A stretch of DNA of 64,000 nucleotides. It comes from Blasia pusilla (taxonomy: Eukaryota). The stretch covers positions 18,042,001 to 18,106,000 of the forward strand of contig CM114271.1 in assembly GCA_050084515.1 (NCBI GenBank), given 5' to 3'. The translations under genes and the position numbers were made by a program. Shown here in pieces: positions 1 through 12,900 of the stretch (within the stretch, counting starts at the first letter, position 1; every line of letters begins with the position of its first letter). Below the pieces are notes generated by a model. It ran no database searches, was not told the DNA's origin, and worked only from the letters and a program-made list of their open reading frames with translations.

Positions 1-29
1 ACCATATTCTTCCGAACCCTTTAACAACG

Positions 30-510
30 CCGTGATGACAACCCTATCTCACCCGCTCAAGCACTCAAACTCACCGAGAGTCTCCCACACTCCTCACTAG
101 CTCACCGACGCTAATGATAATCCCGTGACGACACACCCGGCCTCACGCACACTCAACACTCGGGCTCACCACAAGCCTCCCACCTAACTCACCTCAACCA
201 TTGACACCCTCGGGTCATACACGCCACCCCTACCCGGAAACCGCCGTATATATACCAATATGCTACACAAGAAAGGAGTCTACACTCGTCACCATAACTA
301 CAACCATCTAGCACCTGCTACTACCCGACCCAACACCCTCAATGACACGAGAAAATTGTAGGAAAAGGGACTCGAATGAGTAACCTGATCACGCCCACCA
401 TCAACCTATTGCATGGTCAACCCTCATTCCTCCATGTGACACGATGACCTCCGCTGCACAACCATCTCCTCGCATAGCAAGTCGATCCTCCCATCAATAG
501 ATACATACAA
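30..510 (-). mobile_element. Second, inverted copy of the 5' leader region of the LTR element at 2058-7465
   Basis: The reverse complement of ~3330-3810 aligns by eye with 30-510 (shared tctcacccgctcaagcactc, ctcctcactagctcacc, gacacacccggcctcacgcacactcaacac, caacaccctcaatgacac). The copies are clearly diverged. Confidence 0.8.
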
Positions 511-858
511 CTTGTGGGCATCATGCGCACTAACACTCCATCGTCAACTCTGCCCCGCAAACTGTTGGTGTAACTCACCCACCTCGCCGAAAGTCAGTTT
601 GGTCTTCCAAAAATAATCTCCGTAAAATCTCACTCTAAAAAATTGCGTACAAGCCCGCTCAACCACATAGCTCTCCTAATTATATTAGCCATTCCACCTC
701 ATCCGCTTCCCAACCTGGTAAGCCAGTTTTACCACGACTACGTCTGGTCCTCGTGTGTTTACCTAGTGCCTTACCACGTCCGGCCTCCACTACACGCGCT
801 GCCCCTCACACATCCACCTAAGGCCTGCAACTTTGCTTTTGACCCGATGCCATCTTCG

Positions 859-1760
859 TTACTCCCAACCTTGAGAATAAACAAGAGGTAGTTGAGCCAT
901 GCCACCTACGAGAACCACCAATCTTATAAGGAATACATTAAGACTGTTGCATGGCCTACTCTCTTTGAGATGTATATCTATGATCTGTAGTATCCGAGGT
1001 GTTAGCATGGAAAACTCATCCACAAAAATAATATTTGCATTTTTCAACTTTCAAGTGTGGATCAAATGTTACATGCATATCTAGCATGTCCCCATAAATT
1101 GGTATGCAAAAGGTTGAGTGGGTGCTTGCAACATCTATATGGAGTCTTGTTGCTACAATATTTGTGGCATCTATGAAAAGTAGAGACTGCCCTTTTGACT
1201 CCCAATAAATGCATCCAGGTCTAAGGGCACCCGGTAGAAGAATTGATCGTGAGGTTCTATCTCTAATTAATGTATATAATGGTTATTTCTCATTATTAAG
1301 GAGACTTATGTCGAGGTCACATGGGTAGTAAGGATCAAGTGGGGATAAGTTGTAGTTGTGCAGATTCATAAGGTGTGTCCACTAGTGATTCCAAGTCTAT
1401 AGAAATGATTTGGTTTCAAAATATCAAAGCACTTTGAGAGTATGTCAAATGTGTGGAGTGCACTCCACATATTTTGAAAAACATGATTGCTTTAGTTTAA
1501 TAACTCTACATCTTGCTTATATGTGTAGCACAATTTATTAGTGCACTAATAAACTCTATATCAATGGTGAGACTACGTTGTATACGTTTATGGAGATATG
1601 TCCAATATGGAATATCAAATGATATGAGAAGTTGTTCAAACCTAAAAGGAATGTGATGTAAGAGACAACTAAAGAACTCTTTCAAATTCCATTGATATAG
1701 TGGTGGAATTGGCTTGAACCTCTACATTTGGTACTCGTGGTAATATAGGAAAGCTTAATC
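859..1760 (-). mobile_element. Degenerate Helitron Rep/PIF1-helicase fragment
   Basis: ORF 859-1047 contains IIFVDEFSMLTPR (PIF1 motif II) and VVLVGGMAQLP (motif III). At ~1620-1700 the minus strand reads EFFSCLLHHIPFRFEQLL, matching the EFFSMLL*TMPFRTE segment of the Helitron at ~25.3 kb. Confidence 0.75.
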
Positions 1761-2057
1761 TTGGTTAGTTGGTTAAACACGATTGTCCTAACTAGGGTTA
1801 GTTAATCACAGTTAGTCTAACTCAAGACTATGGTTTAGATTAGGGTTATGATTTCTTGTACATACCCTATATAATTGAGAAGGGGACCACCCTCCACTCA
1901 TTCTATCATTGCAAAATTTCGTTTTCCATGGTGATGTGTGAGTGTGAGAGTCGTAACGATCAGTTCACCAATGATTTCAATAACGATCAATTCACCAATG
2001 ATTAGTCATATTCAAGATATCTATCATGGAAAAGTTATTCTAGACATCTACAAAGGC

Positions 2058-5000
2058 CCTTGAGATGTCAGATGAGGTTGGTGACATGTCCGTTGTATTG
2101 GGAAGGTCGTTTATGGCAATTTCCCTACTTTGGTCTTTAAGTTAGTTAGTCAGGTGACCTCTTGATCGAGTCAACGATCACCCGGTAACCTATGCACGCA
2201 AGTTTCCGTTTGGAGGCTATCTTTGGGGGAAGAGCCTTTTGGCTCTTTTCAAGGGTAGAGGAGGGGAAGAGATGGAATTCCCAACCCATCTTTCTCATGT
2301 TGAGCCTTAGGAGCAACTCTCTTGCCTCTGTGTGTAGGAACTAAGATGCATCGTCCAGATTCCCTCATAGTAGAGGGTGGATGTGGCTTGATATGCCTAT
2401 TTAGATTCAAGAGTGGAGTTTTAGGTCAGATAAGCTAGTTTTTACTCTGATTTTATATGAGAAAGATGGGGGTAGGGGGAATTCATTTTTTGAAGGTAGG
2501 CAAACAAGTTGCCTTGGTGGGAAGCCCCTAGAGATACGTATGTTGCGTTTGCTTTTCATTTTTCTGTTCAGAAGGCTGTGCGCGAATGCGTTGTCCATGT
2601 TTGTCAGATTTTTGTTGGTGTAGGTTGATAGGGGATTGCACCAGAGTGTAGTGCAAGGTGTGGCGGCTGGTGTTTGGTAGTGTGTTGTCGACATGTGAGC
2701 GGCGAGAGTCAGGAAAGTCGGGCAGGAGAGAAATCAATTTCAAGTCTTGTAGCCGCCTATCTTATACGTACGCAATTGTAGGGTAGGGTACACGCTAGGT
2801 TGTGGGCAGCTAAGTTGACTAGAGTTAGGTCGTGCAGGCTCTGCATGCGTTGTATTAGGTTTGAGCGGCTAGGCACGGAGCCGTGTAGAGTCATTACAGA
2901 CTTGGAAGGGATTATTGGGAGTGCGTCAAGACCACGAATGGGTGGCTGACGCCGGAAGTCGGGTAGCCGCCTAGAGGGTAGTGAAGGGGACTTTGGAGCG
3001 GAAGGAGAGGGAGTCGTGCATGGGAAAGAGGCATCACGCTAGGAAGGAGGGAGTAGTCAGGTTTAGGGACAAGAAGGTGCGGAGTCCGAATTGGGCCCCG
3101 GACTCCACAAGACGTGGTAGGAGACGTGGTTGATCTAGGCTACAAGGTTAAGGGGCCGGATGTGGTTGAGTCGAGTTATATTTCGGGGGAGCATTTTGGG
3201 ACTTGGTGTTCTATGAGTGTGGATGGGACTTGCGATGGGAGTTTGTCAATCACAGCGAGTCGATTGGGGCTGACTCGGTAGTACTTGACCAATTATGGAT
3301 GCGAGGGTTATCATGGAGACACACGCATCAATGTTGGCGGGAGGTGCGACGTGCTATTTGAGGAGAGTGTCATGTTGCAAAGGTTGCCGCACCACATGGA
3401 GGAGTCAGTGTTGACGTGCAGTAGATTGATGGTGGGAGTGTTCAAGTTACCCATCGAGTCCCTTTTCCCGCACTTGTCTTGTGTCATTGAGGGTGTTGAG
3501 TATTGGGTAGTAGTTGGTGCTAGGTGGGTGTAGCGTTTGTGACGAGTGTAGTCTCTATACATATGTAGCATGTTTGTGGATATACAGCGATTTCGGAGTA
3601 GGGATTGTGTGTATGACCCAAGAGTGTGTGTGGGACTTAGGTGAGTTAGTCGGGAGGCTCATGGTGAGCCCGAGTATGTGTTGAGTGTGCGTGAGGCCGG
3701 GTGTGTCATCACGAGATTAGCATTAGTGTTGGTGAGCTAGTGAGGAGCGTGGAAGACTTTGGGTGAGTCAGAGTGCTTGAGCGGGTGAGACAAGGTTGTC
3801 ACCATGATGTTCTGCTAGAGTTTGTACGAACGAGGTAGTTCAAGCAGTGATAGTGGAGTGACACGGAGTGGAGTGAGGTATCAAGGGGTTTTGAGTGAGA
3901 AACCACCCTGGCTCCCATCCGATCCGTGGTCGTCATCACTAGACAACGGGTCTGGTGACAAGATCACAAATGTAGATAGTGTTACGGTGGGAAGAGATGG
4001 ACGACATGGGCCACCGGGGCATGCGTTATTTCTCGAATGACATAGACCTTGATGAAATCATGAAGGAGTTTGACACATGGTGCAACTTCTAGGAGATCCG
4101 AGCCCCTATACGGTTCAACCCTTTCATGGCGTGGAAGGGTTTGTTCCAACATTTAGAGGTTCCTTCGATGGATGACTACATGGAGTTTGGGTCTTTACAT
4201 TCAGTAGAGATCGATGCTTGGAGGATATATTGGGCTCTAGGGTATGTGTTCAGTATTGGTTGTGAGACGTATGATGGAATAGTGAGGGCGGAGAGGCCTA
4301 CACCATCAGCTGAAAGATTATATGGAGATGATGGCAATAAGGGCGGGGAGGTGGCAGAGACTTCTGGTGATAGAGGGCCACCCAGTTTCAATCCTACAGT
4401 GGAGTTCTTTCAATAGTTGGGGAGGAGCTACCAAGGTGTGCAGATAGACAAGCTAAAGAATCTAGGGGATTTTCATTGGAGATTGGGTGGGAGTCTGAGA
4501 CAAGCGCTCCCATGCATGCAACGACTGATCATTGTCACATATGGAGTGATTGAGGCACAATCAGTGCAGTATTGGTATAGGGTGTTAGACCAAGAGCTAC
4601 ACAGGAGAGTCCGAATTCCATCATGCTCTCATGTTGTTTCACACGGTGAAGCCCACATTGAAGATGGTTTTTGATTTGTCTCAACGGGTAGAGCTCAACA
4701 TGAGTGAGGAGCAAGTGGTGACCATGGGATTTTCACCGGATTCAACGAGTCCATGAGTAGGAGTAGCCCCATAGATGCCCCAACATGCATGAGTACCACG
4801 AGAGCAGGCCGATGGGCCCAGAGAGCAGGGCAAGTATCATGAGCCCATGAGGCAATGACCCGTATGAACATATGTTACCCAACAGGCACCAGGGTTGACT
4901 TGTTGGATGTGTGGTGGGCCACATAGGCAAAGGGATTGGCCACAACATGGTAGAGGGCCAAGGTTGCCTCCGATTGCTCAGGAGCCACCTTGGATTGCCC

Positions 5001-7465
5001 CACCACAATTGTATTGTGATCATTGTCATCGATATGGTTACACTATGGATAAGCATTTTGATCTTCACCGTGAGCTACGTCTAGAGGTAGTCCGAGGGCC
5101 TAGGGATGAGCGAGTTGGTGGAGATCAAGGAGTTGATGATCGTGGTGGTAGGGTTTGACCACCAATCAGAGGAGATGGAGGGACTACACGTGATGCAACG
5201 CTCCTCACTAGCATTGATAAGTTGGAGTAGAGGCTTGATGCCATGACGATTATGCAGCCACGAACAGGCACAGAGCCGAGAGTAGCGAGTGTGGTTCTAG
5301 CCTCCACGCCGTATCAAGAAACGTGGGATTACATGTGCTTGAGGTTTATATGCAGTGCGGCTCAGGTAAAGGCTGATGCGGTTGTGACTCGGATGCTGCA
5401 AGAGTGACCAAGATTTTGGGATGTGGGGTGAAGATCGACCCTTATGAGAGGACTAATGGGTGGGAGGCAAGGGTTCGACAATCATTTACATTGCCAAAGG
5501 CACTTCACACACTGTTGATTGTATCTCGATGACCAATAGTGCCTACAAGTGAGGCAGATGTATTGACTTGGATGGAGCCTATGTTGACCACGTTGTTGAA
5601 GGTGGCCACTAGGATGAGTCGGGCTGCGTTGTTTTCTGGCATGGAGTTAGGGACAATGGAATTTGGACCAGTGGAGGTGTTCCGGTTGGCTACCACGTTG
5701 TGTGAGTGTGGAGAGGTGATTTCTTCTTGCTTGGAGGTGGTTGTTGAGAAGGTGGTGGACCTGCCCTTGGAGCATCTGATCGGAACGTCCCCCACTCAGT
5801 CATGGCATGTTGCGGCAGCTCAATTGGTGGATATGCTAGCTAGGCCAACTCTACAATGAGCCATTATCATACCAGACGTAGTGTTGTTGGATAACCGAGC
5901 CAGAGTGTTTTGCTTGGTTAGTCCCACAGGTACCGCCTACCACCCGCAACGCGTCCCACTTGATTCGGGATCGTAACCCTTGATGTTAGGAAGAAGGCGT
6001 GTTTGGCATTGAGGTTACGAAAAGGCGACATTGAGGGTTGTCACTTTCATATACAGACCTCTAGTGGGGTGTATCATCCACCCAGTACATGACTCGACAA
6101 GAGTTAGTGGTTAGACTCCAACTAGAGCATGAGTCGGATAGTGCGATGGTGCGCACTCGAGCGATTATGACACCGGTAGAGTCATATGATGTGTTGGTAG
6201 GGAATACGGTGCTATATCCCCTTGATTTCATTATGGATTTCTAGGAGGATATGGTTTCTTATCTGCCAAGGTGGCGATCAGGTAATGGATGAGTGAGCCA
6301 TCCACCGGTGCAATTTGTAGGAGGTAGTGGTGGTTGACCACGTGAGGATACGGTGACCATGTTAGCAAGATTCACAAGTATTGTTAGGTGCATGGTTGAG
6401 TTTTTGGAGGAGCACACATATGGAGGACATTCCCGCAGTGGATAGTCCCACGGGGAGACATGCCAAGGTGGATGTCTCTTCCCATGGTGTATAGATTTCT
6501 TTATCGTTGTTGGGAACGAGCATTGAGATTAGTGGAGTGCATACAAGCTCGTAAGGTGAGCGTGGAGCCATTTCTGTGTCTTGGAGTAGACAGAGGCAGG
6601 TGACACTTGTACTCTTAGGGAGGAGACTTCATATTTTTGGGTACCACACTTGTTGTGTGACAGCGTTTGAAGCAGGGCACTAGTGTGTTAGATCTCTTCG
6701 AAGGGATCAACACGGCGGATTGTTGTAGAATTCCAGGGATGAAGGCACTGATGGTGCTAGATGTGTATAGAGTATTAGATCATGTCAAGTATATGTGTGC
6801 TATCTGAAGTTAGGGGGACCTAACTAGTCGCTAGGGGGTAGGTTGTGGGATCTGGATATATATGCGTGAGTGTATTTTGTTTATGAGGGGATCGACCCAT
6901 GTATTGGGAAGATCGATGGTGTGTGGTGTGTAGAGGTGATCAGAAATATGGGTTGTGAAGCAATGAGTATGCACATGAAAATTGTCACATCTTAGTGAGA
7001 CGTAGGTAAAGTTCTATCGCGTTGACAACATAGAGGGTCAACGGGTTGTTCGGTTGCAACTTCGTCTTGAGATGTCGGATGATGGCGGTGGCATGTCCAT
7101 TGCATTGGGAATGTCATTTATGGAAATTCCCCTACTTTGGTCTTAGTCAGTCTGGTGATCCGTTGACCGAGTCGACGATCACTCGGTAACTTGTGCACGT
7201 AGTTTACCGTTTGGAGGCTATTTTTGGGGGAAAAACCTTTTGGCTCTTCCCAAGGGTATAAGAGAGGGAGAGATGGCTTTCCCAAGCTATCTTTCTCACG
7301 TTGAGCCTTACAAGCACCTCTCTTGTGTGTGTGTGTGTGTGTGTGTAGGATCTAGGGTGCTAGCGTTTGGATTCCCTCATAGCAGAGGGTGGATGTGGCT
7401 TGATTTGCCGATGTAGATTGAGGAGTGGAGTTTTAGGTCGGGTGAGCCGTTTTTACTGTAATTTT
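2058..7465 (+). mobile_element. Degenerate, internally deleted Ty3/Gypsy-type LTR retrotransposon (gag + aspartic protease; no RT/RNase H/integrase seen)
   Basis: Diverged ~400-bp direct repeat (2058-2455 vs 7066-7465). 5' LTR ends ...CCACA at 3109, followed by a degraded PBS-like tggtaggagac. PPT-like agggggtaggt precedes TGTGG at 6844 (3' LTR start). Two decayed zinc knuckles (CWMCGGPHRQRDW ~4901; CDHCHRYGYTMDKH ~5015). Protease LDSGS*PLMLG ~5959-5990 and YDVLVG ~6185. Many stops and frameshifts. Confidence 0.8.
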
Positions 7466-8263
7466 GTTTTGGGGTCTTGATCTATATGCGTGAGTGTATT
7501 TTGCTTAAGAGTGGATCAACCCATGTGTTAGGAAGATCGATGTTATGTGGTGTGTAGATGTGACTAGCGATGTGTATGCGCACTACACATGGCGTCTCGC
7601 TCATCTTAATTACTCACATGTTTCTTGCTTCTCGCCCTTGACTTGGCGCTTGGCTCTAAGTTCTTAAACCTTAATTTCCTTGCCCTTATCCTCGTGGGTA
7701 GCTACACTCCTTTCTTGCCTAAGGTTAGTCTTAAGGCATGTGCATGTCTTGCCTAACATTAGTCTTGTGATCGGTTTCACCGCCATTCCTAGTCTTGAGA
7801 CTAGCTAGTTTAGATTTTGACTTTGGTGGATCACTCCAAGGTCTTTCCTCCTTAGACCCACAATCATGACTTGCTTTCCACGTTCCCGCTAGTATGAACA
7901 CCATAGACTTAGCTATCCACGATGCTTGGCACATAGAGTGAGGGCATTACCCCATGGACTACGTCTCTGGCTGGCTGACAATTCTCTGTCGGTTTTAAGT
8001 TTACATAGCATGTCATTTACTAAACACAACCCACCACTCACAGAACCACCACCTTGGATAACATAACTATGGAGGGAAAACGAATTCTTGACAGAGAACA
8101 AGTGGTTCTTTGGAAATATTTATTGGTTGGGGATTCCAAGCCCGTTTCTTACGCCCAAATTTTTTGGGCACAAGAATTTTGGAAACCCCAAAAACAATTT
8201 GTGACTTCAACGTCAAATGAATGGATTTTACTAGTTTCATGCTATCAGATGAATGCCATCTTA

Positions 8264-8953
8264 TGTAACACCCATGGGATAAGGCCCTAACTCAAATGTG
8301 GGATTAAATTGAGGTTGCACGTGCATGCCCTTTGATGTATTGTAGCGCCCAATATCACTCACTACAACATTGATTGTAGACTCCCCCTTGTCATTAGAGT
8401 CATATACCTTGGAAATCCCTTGTGAGACATTAGCTTGGGTCTCAGTATTGCCTTTATGCCTAAATCTCCAACGAGTGCTGCTCCGAGAAATCAATGCAGA
8501 CGGCTTCTAGAGCACCCATGAAAGGAGTGAATATTAAAGGATTGTGGATTCTCTGTCGTGCACAAACCATACATGAAACTCCTAAATGAACTCAAGGAGC
8601 TCGGCTCTTGAGAACTAGCAATTGTTGACTAGTGGACCCCTACACCTCATCATGCTCTACATACACAAGCATAGTGAACCCAACACTCTAGCGTTGAAAA
8701 TGAAACTCTTAATCCCTAGTTTCCTCCTCCTCCAACAATATTCATAGAAGGGAAAACCAATACTACAACCCACTCAATGTCTAACTTGCAACACCACTCT
8801 CAAAACTTAGAGAGAGCATCCTACATGGTGACCAAAATGACTAACAACAGTAATCATATACCAAAACCTCCACCAATTGCCAGTGGATGCACCTTGCGCG
8901 TGTGGAACTTAGGAAGGTGGGTAAGTCACTCTTGCCCATACATAAAATCACCT
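8264..8953 (+). mobile_element. Probable LTR fragment of a second family (begins TGTAACACCC)
   Basis: tgtaacacccatgggataaggccctaa is a typical LTR-like terminus. A similar terminus occurs inverted at ~23320-23347. The other end is undefined and runs into (TA)n. Confidence 0.4.
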
Positions 8954-8954
8954 T

Positions 8955-8957
8955 GTA

Positions 8958-9026
<69 letters not shown>
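8955..9026. repeat. (TA)n microsatellite
   Basis: Directly visible TA run. Confidence 0.95.
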
Positions 9027-9030
<4 letters not shown>

Positions 9031-9164
9031 TCTCTACGGGAACCCCTTAGCAATTTAAGAAAATATTTTTCAACCAAAGTGGCAAGAACCGATGCTAGTA
9101 CCAACAACCCTTCTTATGAAGATCAATATTGTCACATCTGAATAACCGATAGGCCGAGATCTAT

Positions 9165-9984
9165 TGTGGATAGGGCGTAGGAGCTAGCGGACTCTCTTGA
9201 GTGTAACTTTGTCCCACGATGTCAGATGCGGTTGAGGATAGGTCCATTGTGTCAGGAACGTCATTTCTGTTAACATTCTTGTTGAGGTCTTTCACTATTC
9301 TTTATTTTTACATGAGAAAGATGAGAGGGGGCAAGGAATTCATTGCTTACAGGTAGGCAAGAAAATTGCCTCGATGGGGAGCCCTTGGAGATGTGTGTGT
9401 GGCGTTTTGTGTTATTTTCTGTTCAGAAGGCCGTTAGCGGAAGCGCTGTCTGTTTTTCATCGATTTTGTTGGTGCAGGATGACGAAGGACAGTAGCGGAG
9501 TGTAGCGGGAAGTCAGGCGATGGGTGTACATGAGCGAGTGTGTCAAGAAAGAATAGAAGAGAGATTTAGGGCTTGCAGCCGCCGGGGGGCTGTCAAGTAC
9601 TGGCCGGCTAGGTCGCCTAGGGTTAGGTCGCGCAAGTGATAGGGGTAGGCGCCTAAGTGCGGTTGGGGATAGGATAGAGCTAGGGCCTTGTAGACCAAAT
9701 ACGTCCATGTAGAAGATAGCCGCGTGTAGGGTAAAATTGGAGTAAAGGAGCAAGGAGCTCCAAGAATGTCGGGAAGCTGCATAGGGCAGCGTGGCCGCAT
9801 TCAAAAAGGCTCGCATGCGGCTAAGGCGGAAGGTGCCGATGGCCTGGCAACCAAAATGGGAGGTCTAAAGGCGTGAGTCATAGGGCACCGTGCCTTAGGA
9901 CGCGGGAAAGAAGGAGGGAAGAGGGAGGTCCGCATAGGGACGCGGGAAGGCTTCCCAGGCCTGGGAGTTCCAAGGACGCCGAAG
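9165..9984 (+). mobile_element. Solo-LTR-like relative of the 2058-7465 element, interrupted by the hAT element (continues at 14454-~14660)
   Basis: Begins TGTGG. 9218-9270 and 9310-9500 resemble 2064-2115 and 2455-2660 (gatgtcagatg; atgagaaagatg; ttttctgttcagaaggc). The motif ggagcaaggagctccaagaa...gcatagggcagcgtg recurs at ~9747-9795 and ~14560-14605, on both sides of the hAT. Confidence 0.6.
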
Positions 9985-12900
9985 CAGGGTTCCGGGAGAT
10001 TTTTTAAAGATGCCAGGCGATTACTGGTAATATATATAGTAACCCGGTTTTTTTTCTTTAGTCATCGGCTCCGGCTGGAAAATTTCATTTTCTAGGTTCA
10101 TTTTTTGGTAAATTTCCATTGTAATCCGTGAAATTCCGAAAATTAAAAAAATTTGGCGTTGAATTTCCGTCCCGATTCCCTGTTACCAACGAGTTTCCCG
10201 CTTTTTTTTATAGTCACCAGGAAAAATCTGGCCGTTGAAATTTTCATCGGTAAATTCTCGGCAAGCAAGTACCGTCAGAAGATTTTCAGCCATCAAGCAA
10301 CGTCCTCTCTTTCCCATTCATTCACTATCATCACTCCAACATTCTAAGCAACCAAACTTCCAACACTCTAAAAAATTTCAACTCCAAAGACCTCATGTCA
10401 CTTGGTAGTAAATCACAGTAAGATATCCTTGGCAAGAGTTGAACCTCGTTCCTCCCACCAGTTGGGAGCCAAGGATCCTCCCCCTCTACAATACTTGGAG
10501 CCCCAAAGCTCCAAGTATTCTAAAAGGGCCCTACAAAACCAACAAATCTAAATCAAAACATCCTAAGTTATAGAAACTATATGGATGTCTCCTTCTACCA
10601 CTACTTCTACCTCTGAAGACAGATATTTCTCTGGACTAGCAAAGATATATCTAAAATGAGCAGAATTTTTCCATAACACAACAGACTCACCCAAAAACTC
10701 CTCGTAATTAGAGGAAGGGCCTTCTAAGGCAATCCTCAAAACAACATCTAAGTATTTTGTAGACAACCGATTGCGGGATTTGCTTTTGATCATATTTTGA
10801 ATGGAGAAAGCTCTCTCGCAAATAGCAGTACTCACACATTGGACTCTAGCAATATTTGCTAAAATCAACAAGTTTGAAAACTTACATTGCAAAGAGGGAC
10901 TCCAACTTACCATAGCCCATAGGTCCCTAAAGTTGCGATCCTTCCACCCTGTGGTAGCCATCAGTTTGAAAGACTGAAACTCTTGTTTCACAATAGGAGA
11001 GTTAATCAAAGCAGATTGCAACTGACCTCTAAGAGGTAATTGAGCTCCAAAGAAACTACACAAATCATCTTAATCTTTACAACCCCAGCTATTCAATCCT
11101 ATATGTCTAGAAGGCATGTGCAAGGGGTTTAGAATTTTAATTGCACCAATAAGTTGGTTATCTCAAAATCGATCTTGCAAAGCTGAACATACACTTTCAA
11201 CAAACCTTTTCTGAAAGAATCATGCAGCCTCCAGATCCCTACCTGTGCGATCTCGAGACATCTCTACACTATGGAACCTTTTACCTCTTATCTCAGACTG
11301 TAAACGTTGAAGATAGCCACCCGGAGGCCCAAAATCAGGTAAAACCAGTGTCTTTAGAGAAGGTCGATGCATTCAAGTCATGTGTTTCCATCACAAAATT
11401 CATAGTGATGGAAGCTATCTCGAAATTAACAATGCTTCTCATAGTGCTAACATCCACAAACTTGTACTGGAAAATCTTGCTCAAATTTGCAAGCATGGAA
11501 AGGATATCAGCTATAAAATATAATTGATAGATCATTTGGAATGATCTTAACTTGTTAAATAAATGAGCAGCATTCCCATCATCTTTCGAAGGAGAAATGT
11601 CCCTAAAATAAATCAACACCGATTCTAGAGAATCACACAATGTGGAAACGGCTTGCCATCGAGATAACCAACATATTTTATGGTATCTTTTCATCACTCG
11701 TTTGGAATCATTGAACTTTTCCTGCAAAGTGAATAGAAGTGTTCTCCTTTTGGAAGACCTCATGAAGTAACCAGCAACAGAATTGGGAATGGAATCCACT
11801 TCACTAGAGACTGCCTTGCAATCAACAACTTTCGCAGCAGACAAAACAGCAAGGTTTGTCCTATGAGCAACACAATGAACAGATAGAATATAGGGGTTCA
11901 CCTTTTGCTTCATTTGTGAAGCTACCCTTGTCTGGCTACCTACCATTGTCGAGGCACCATCAGAGCCAAAGGCAACCATTTTGGAGAATTCCAACCCTCC
12001 ATCCTTGATGAGTTGCAACAAAATTTCAGTAATAATGTTTGAAGACTTTGACTCACATTGAAGTAATCCGAGAAAACAACACTCTGCCTGTCCCTCTTCA
12101 ATGAAAGTGGCAAATAAAACTAAATGATTGGTAACAGATATGTCTGTGGACTCATCAATCATAATACCAAAAAAGGAAGAAGCCTGAACTCTTGAAAGAG
12201 TTCTTCTTAGCAAGATTTGGCTGATGAAATAAGACATTTCACTGCAACTCCTTTCATCATGATAAAGATCTCTTGTGAGAGGTGCGTTTATAGAAAGCAA
12301 TAACTTACACAGATTGGGAAATTTCAGAAATGGCATAGCCTCCTTCGCAAGGAAGTATGCACGTTTGAACAATGTTAGGAGGGCTACTTCACAGGTCTGG
12401 CTTGTGGTCGCGATGGCCTTGGCCATCGACTTCTTACCTCCATTAGCAGCCCATGAGAGCTTGATATGCTCATTGGACTTGGCGTGGTCAGTGAACGCAG
12501 AGATTTTGCAATTAATTGCCCCATATTTATTAAAAGCACTCTTTCCCTTTCCCTTCCTAAAGACTTTACAAAAAATCCTACCAAGACATGAATCATAATC
12601 GATCCAATCATACATTGAGTACCACACATCCTTCCATGCAATGCGAACTTTTTCAGATAAAGCTCTACTACTACCTGACGTAGGTTGTTCATCTTTATCA
12701 TCAGATGAGCCAGATAATGCAATAATATCTGGCACATCGTTTCGAGGTCCCTTATCTAAGAATGAACTCATCGTCTTTTGTCTATTGGCCATAATAACCA
12801 CTGAACTAGACTCGAATGTGAATCAATCTGTGTCTAAAAGAACCCTAAATCAGAAAACCTTTTAAACAGATACTTGTCTATAGAAGCAAATTCAAAACAA

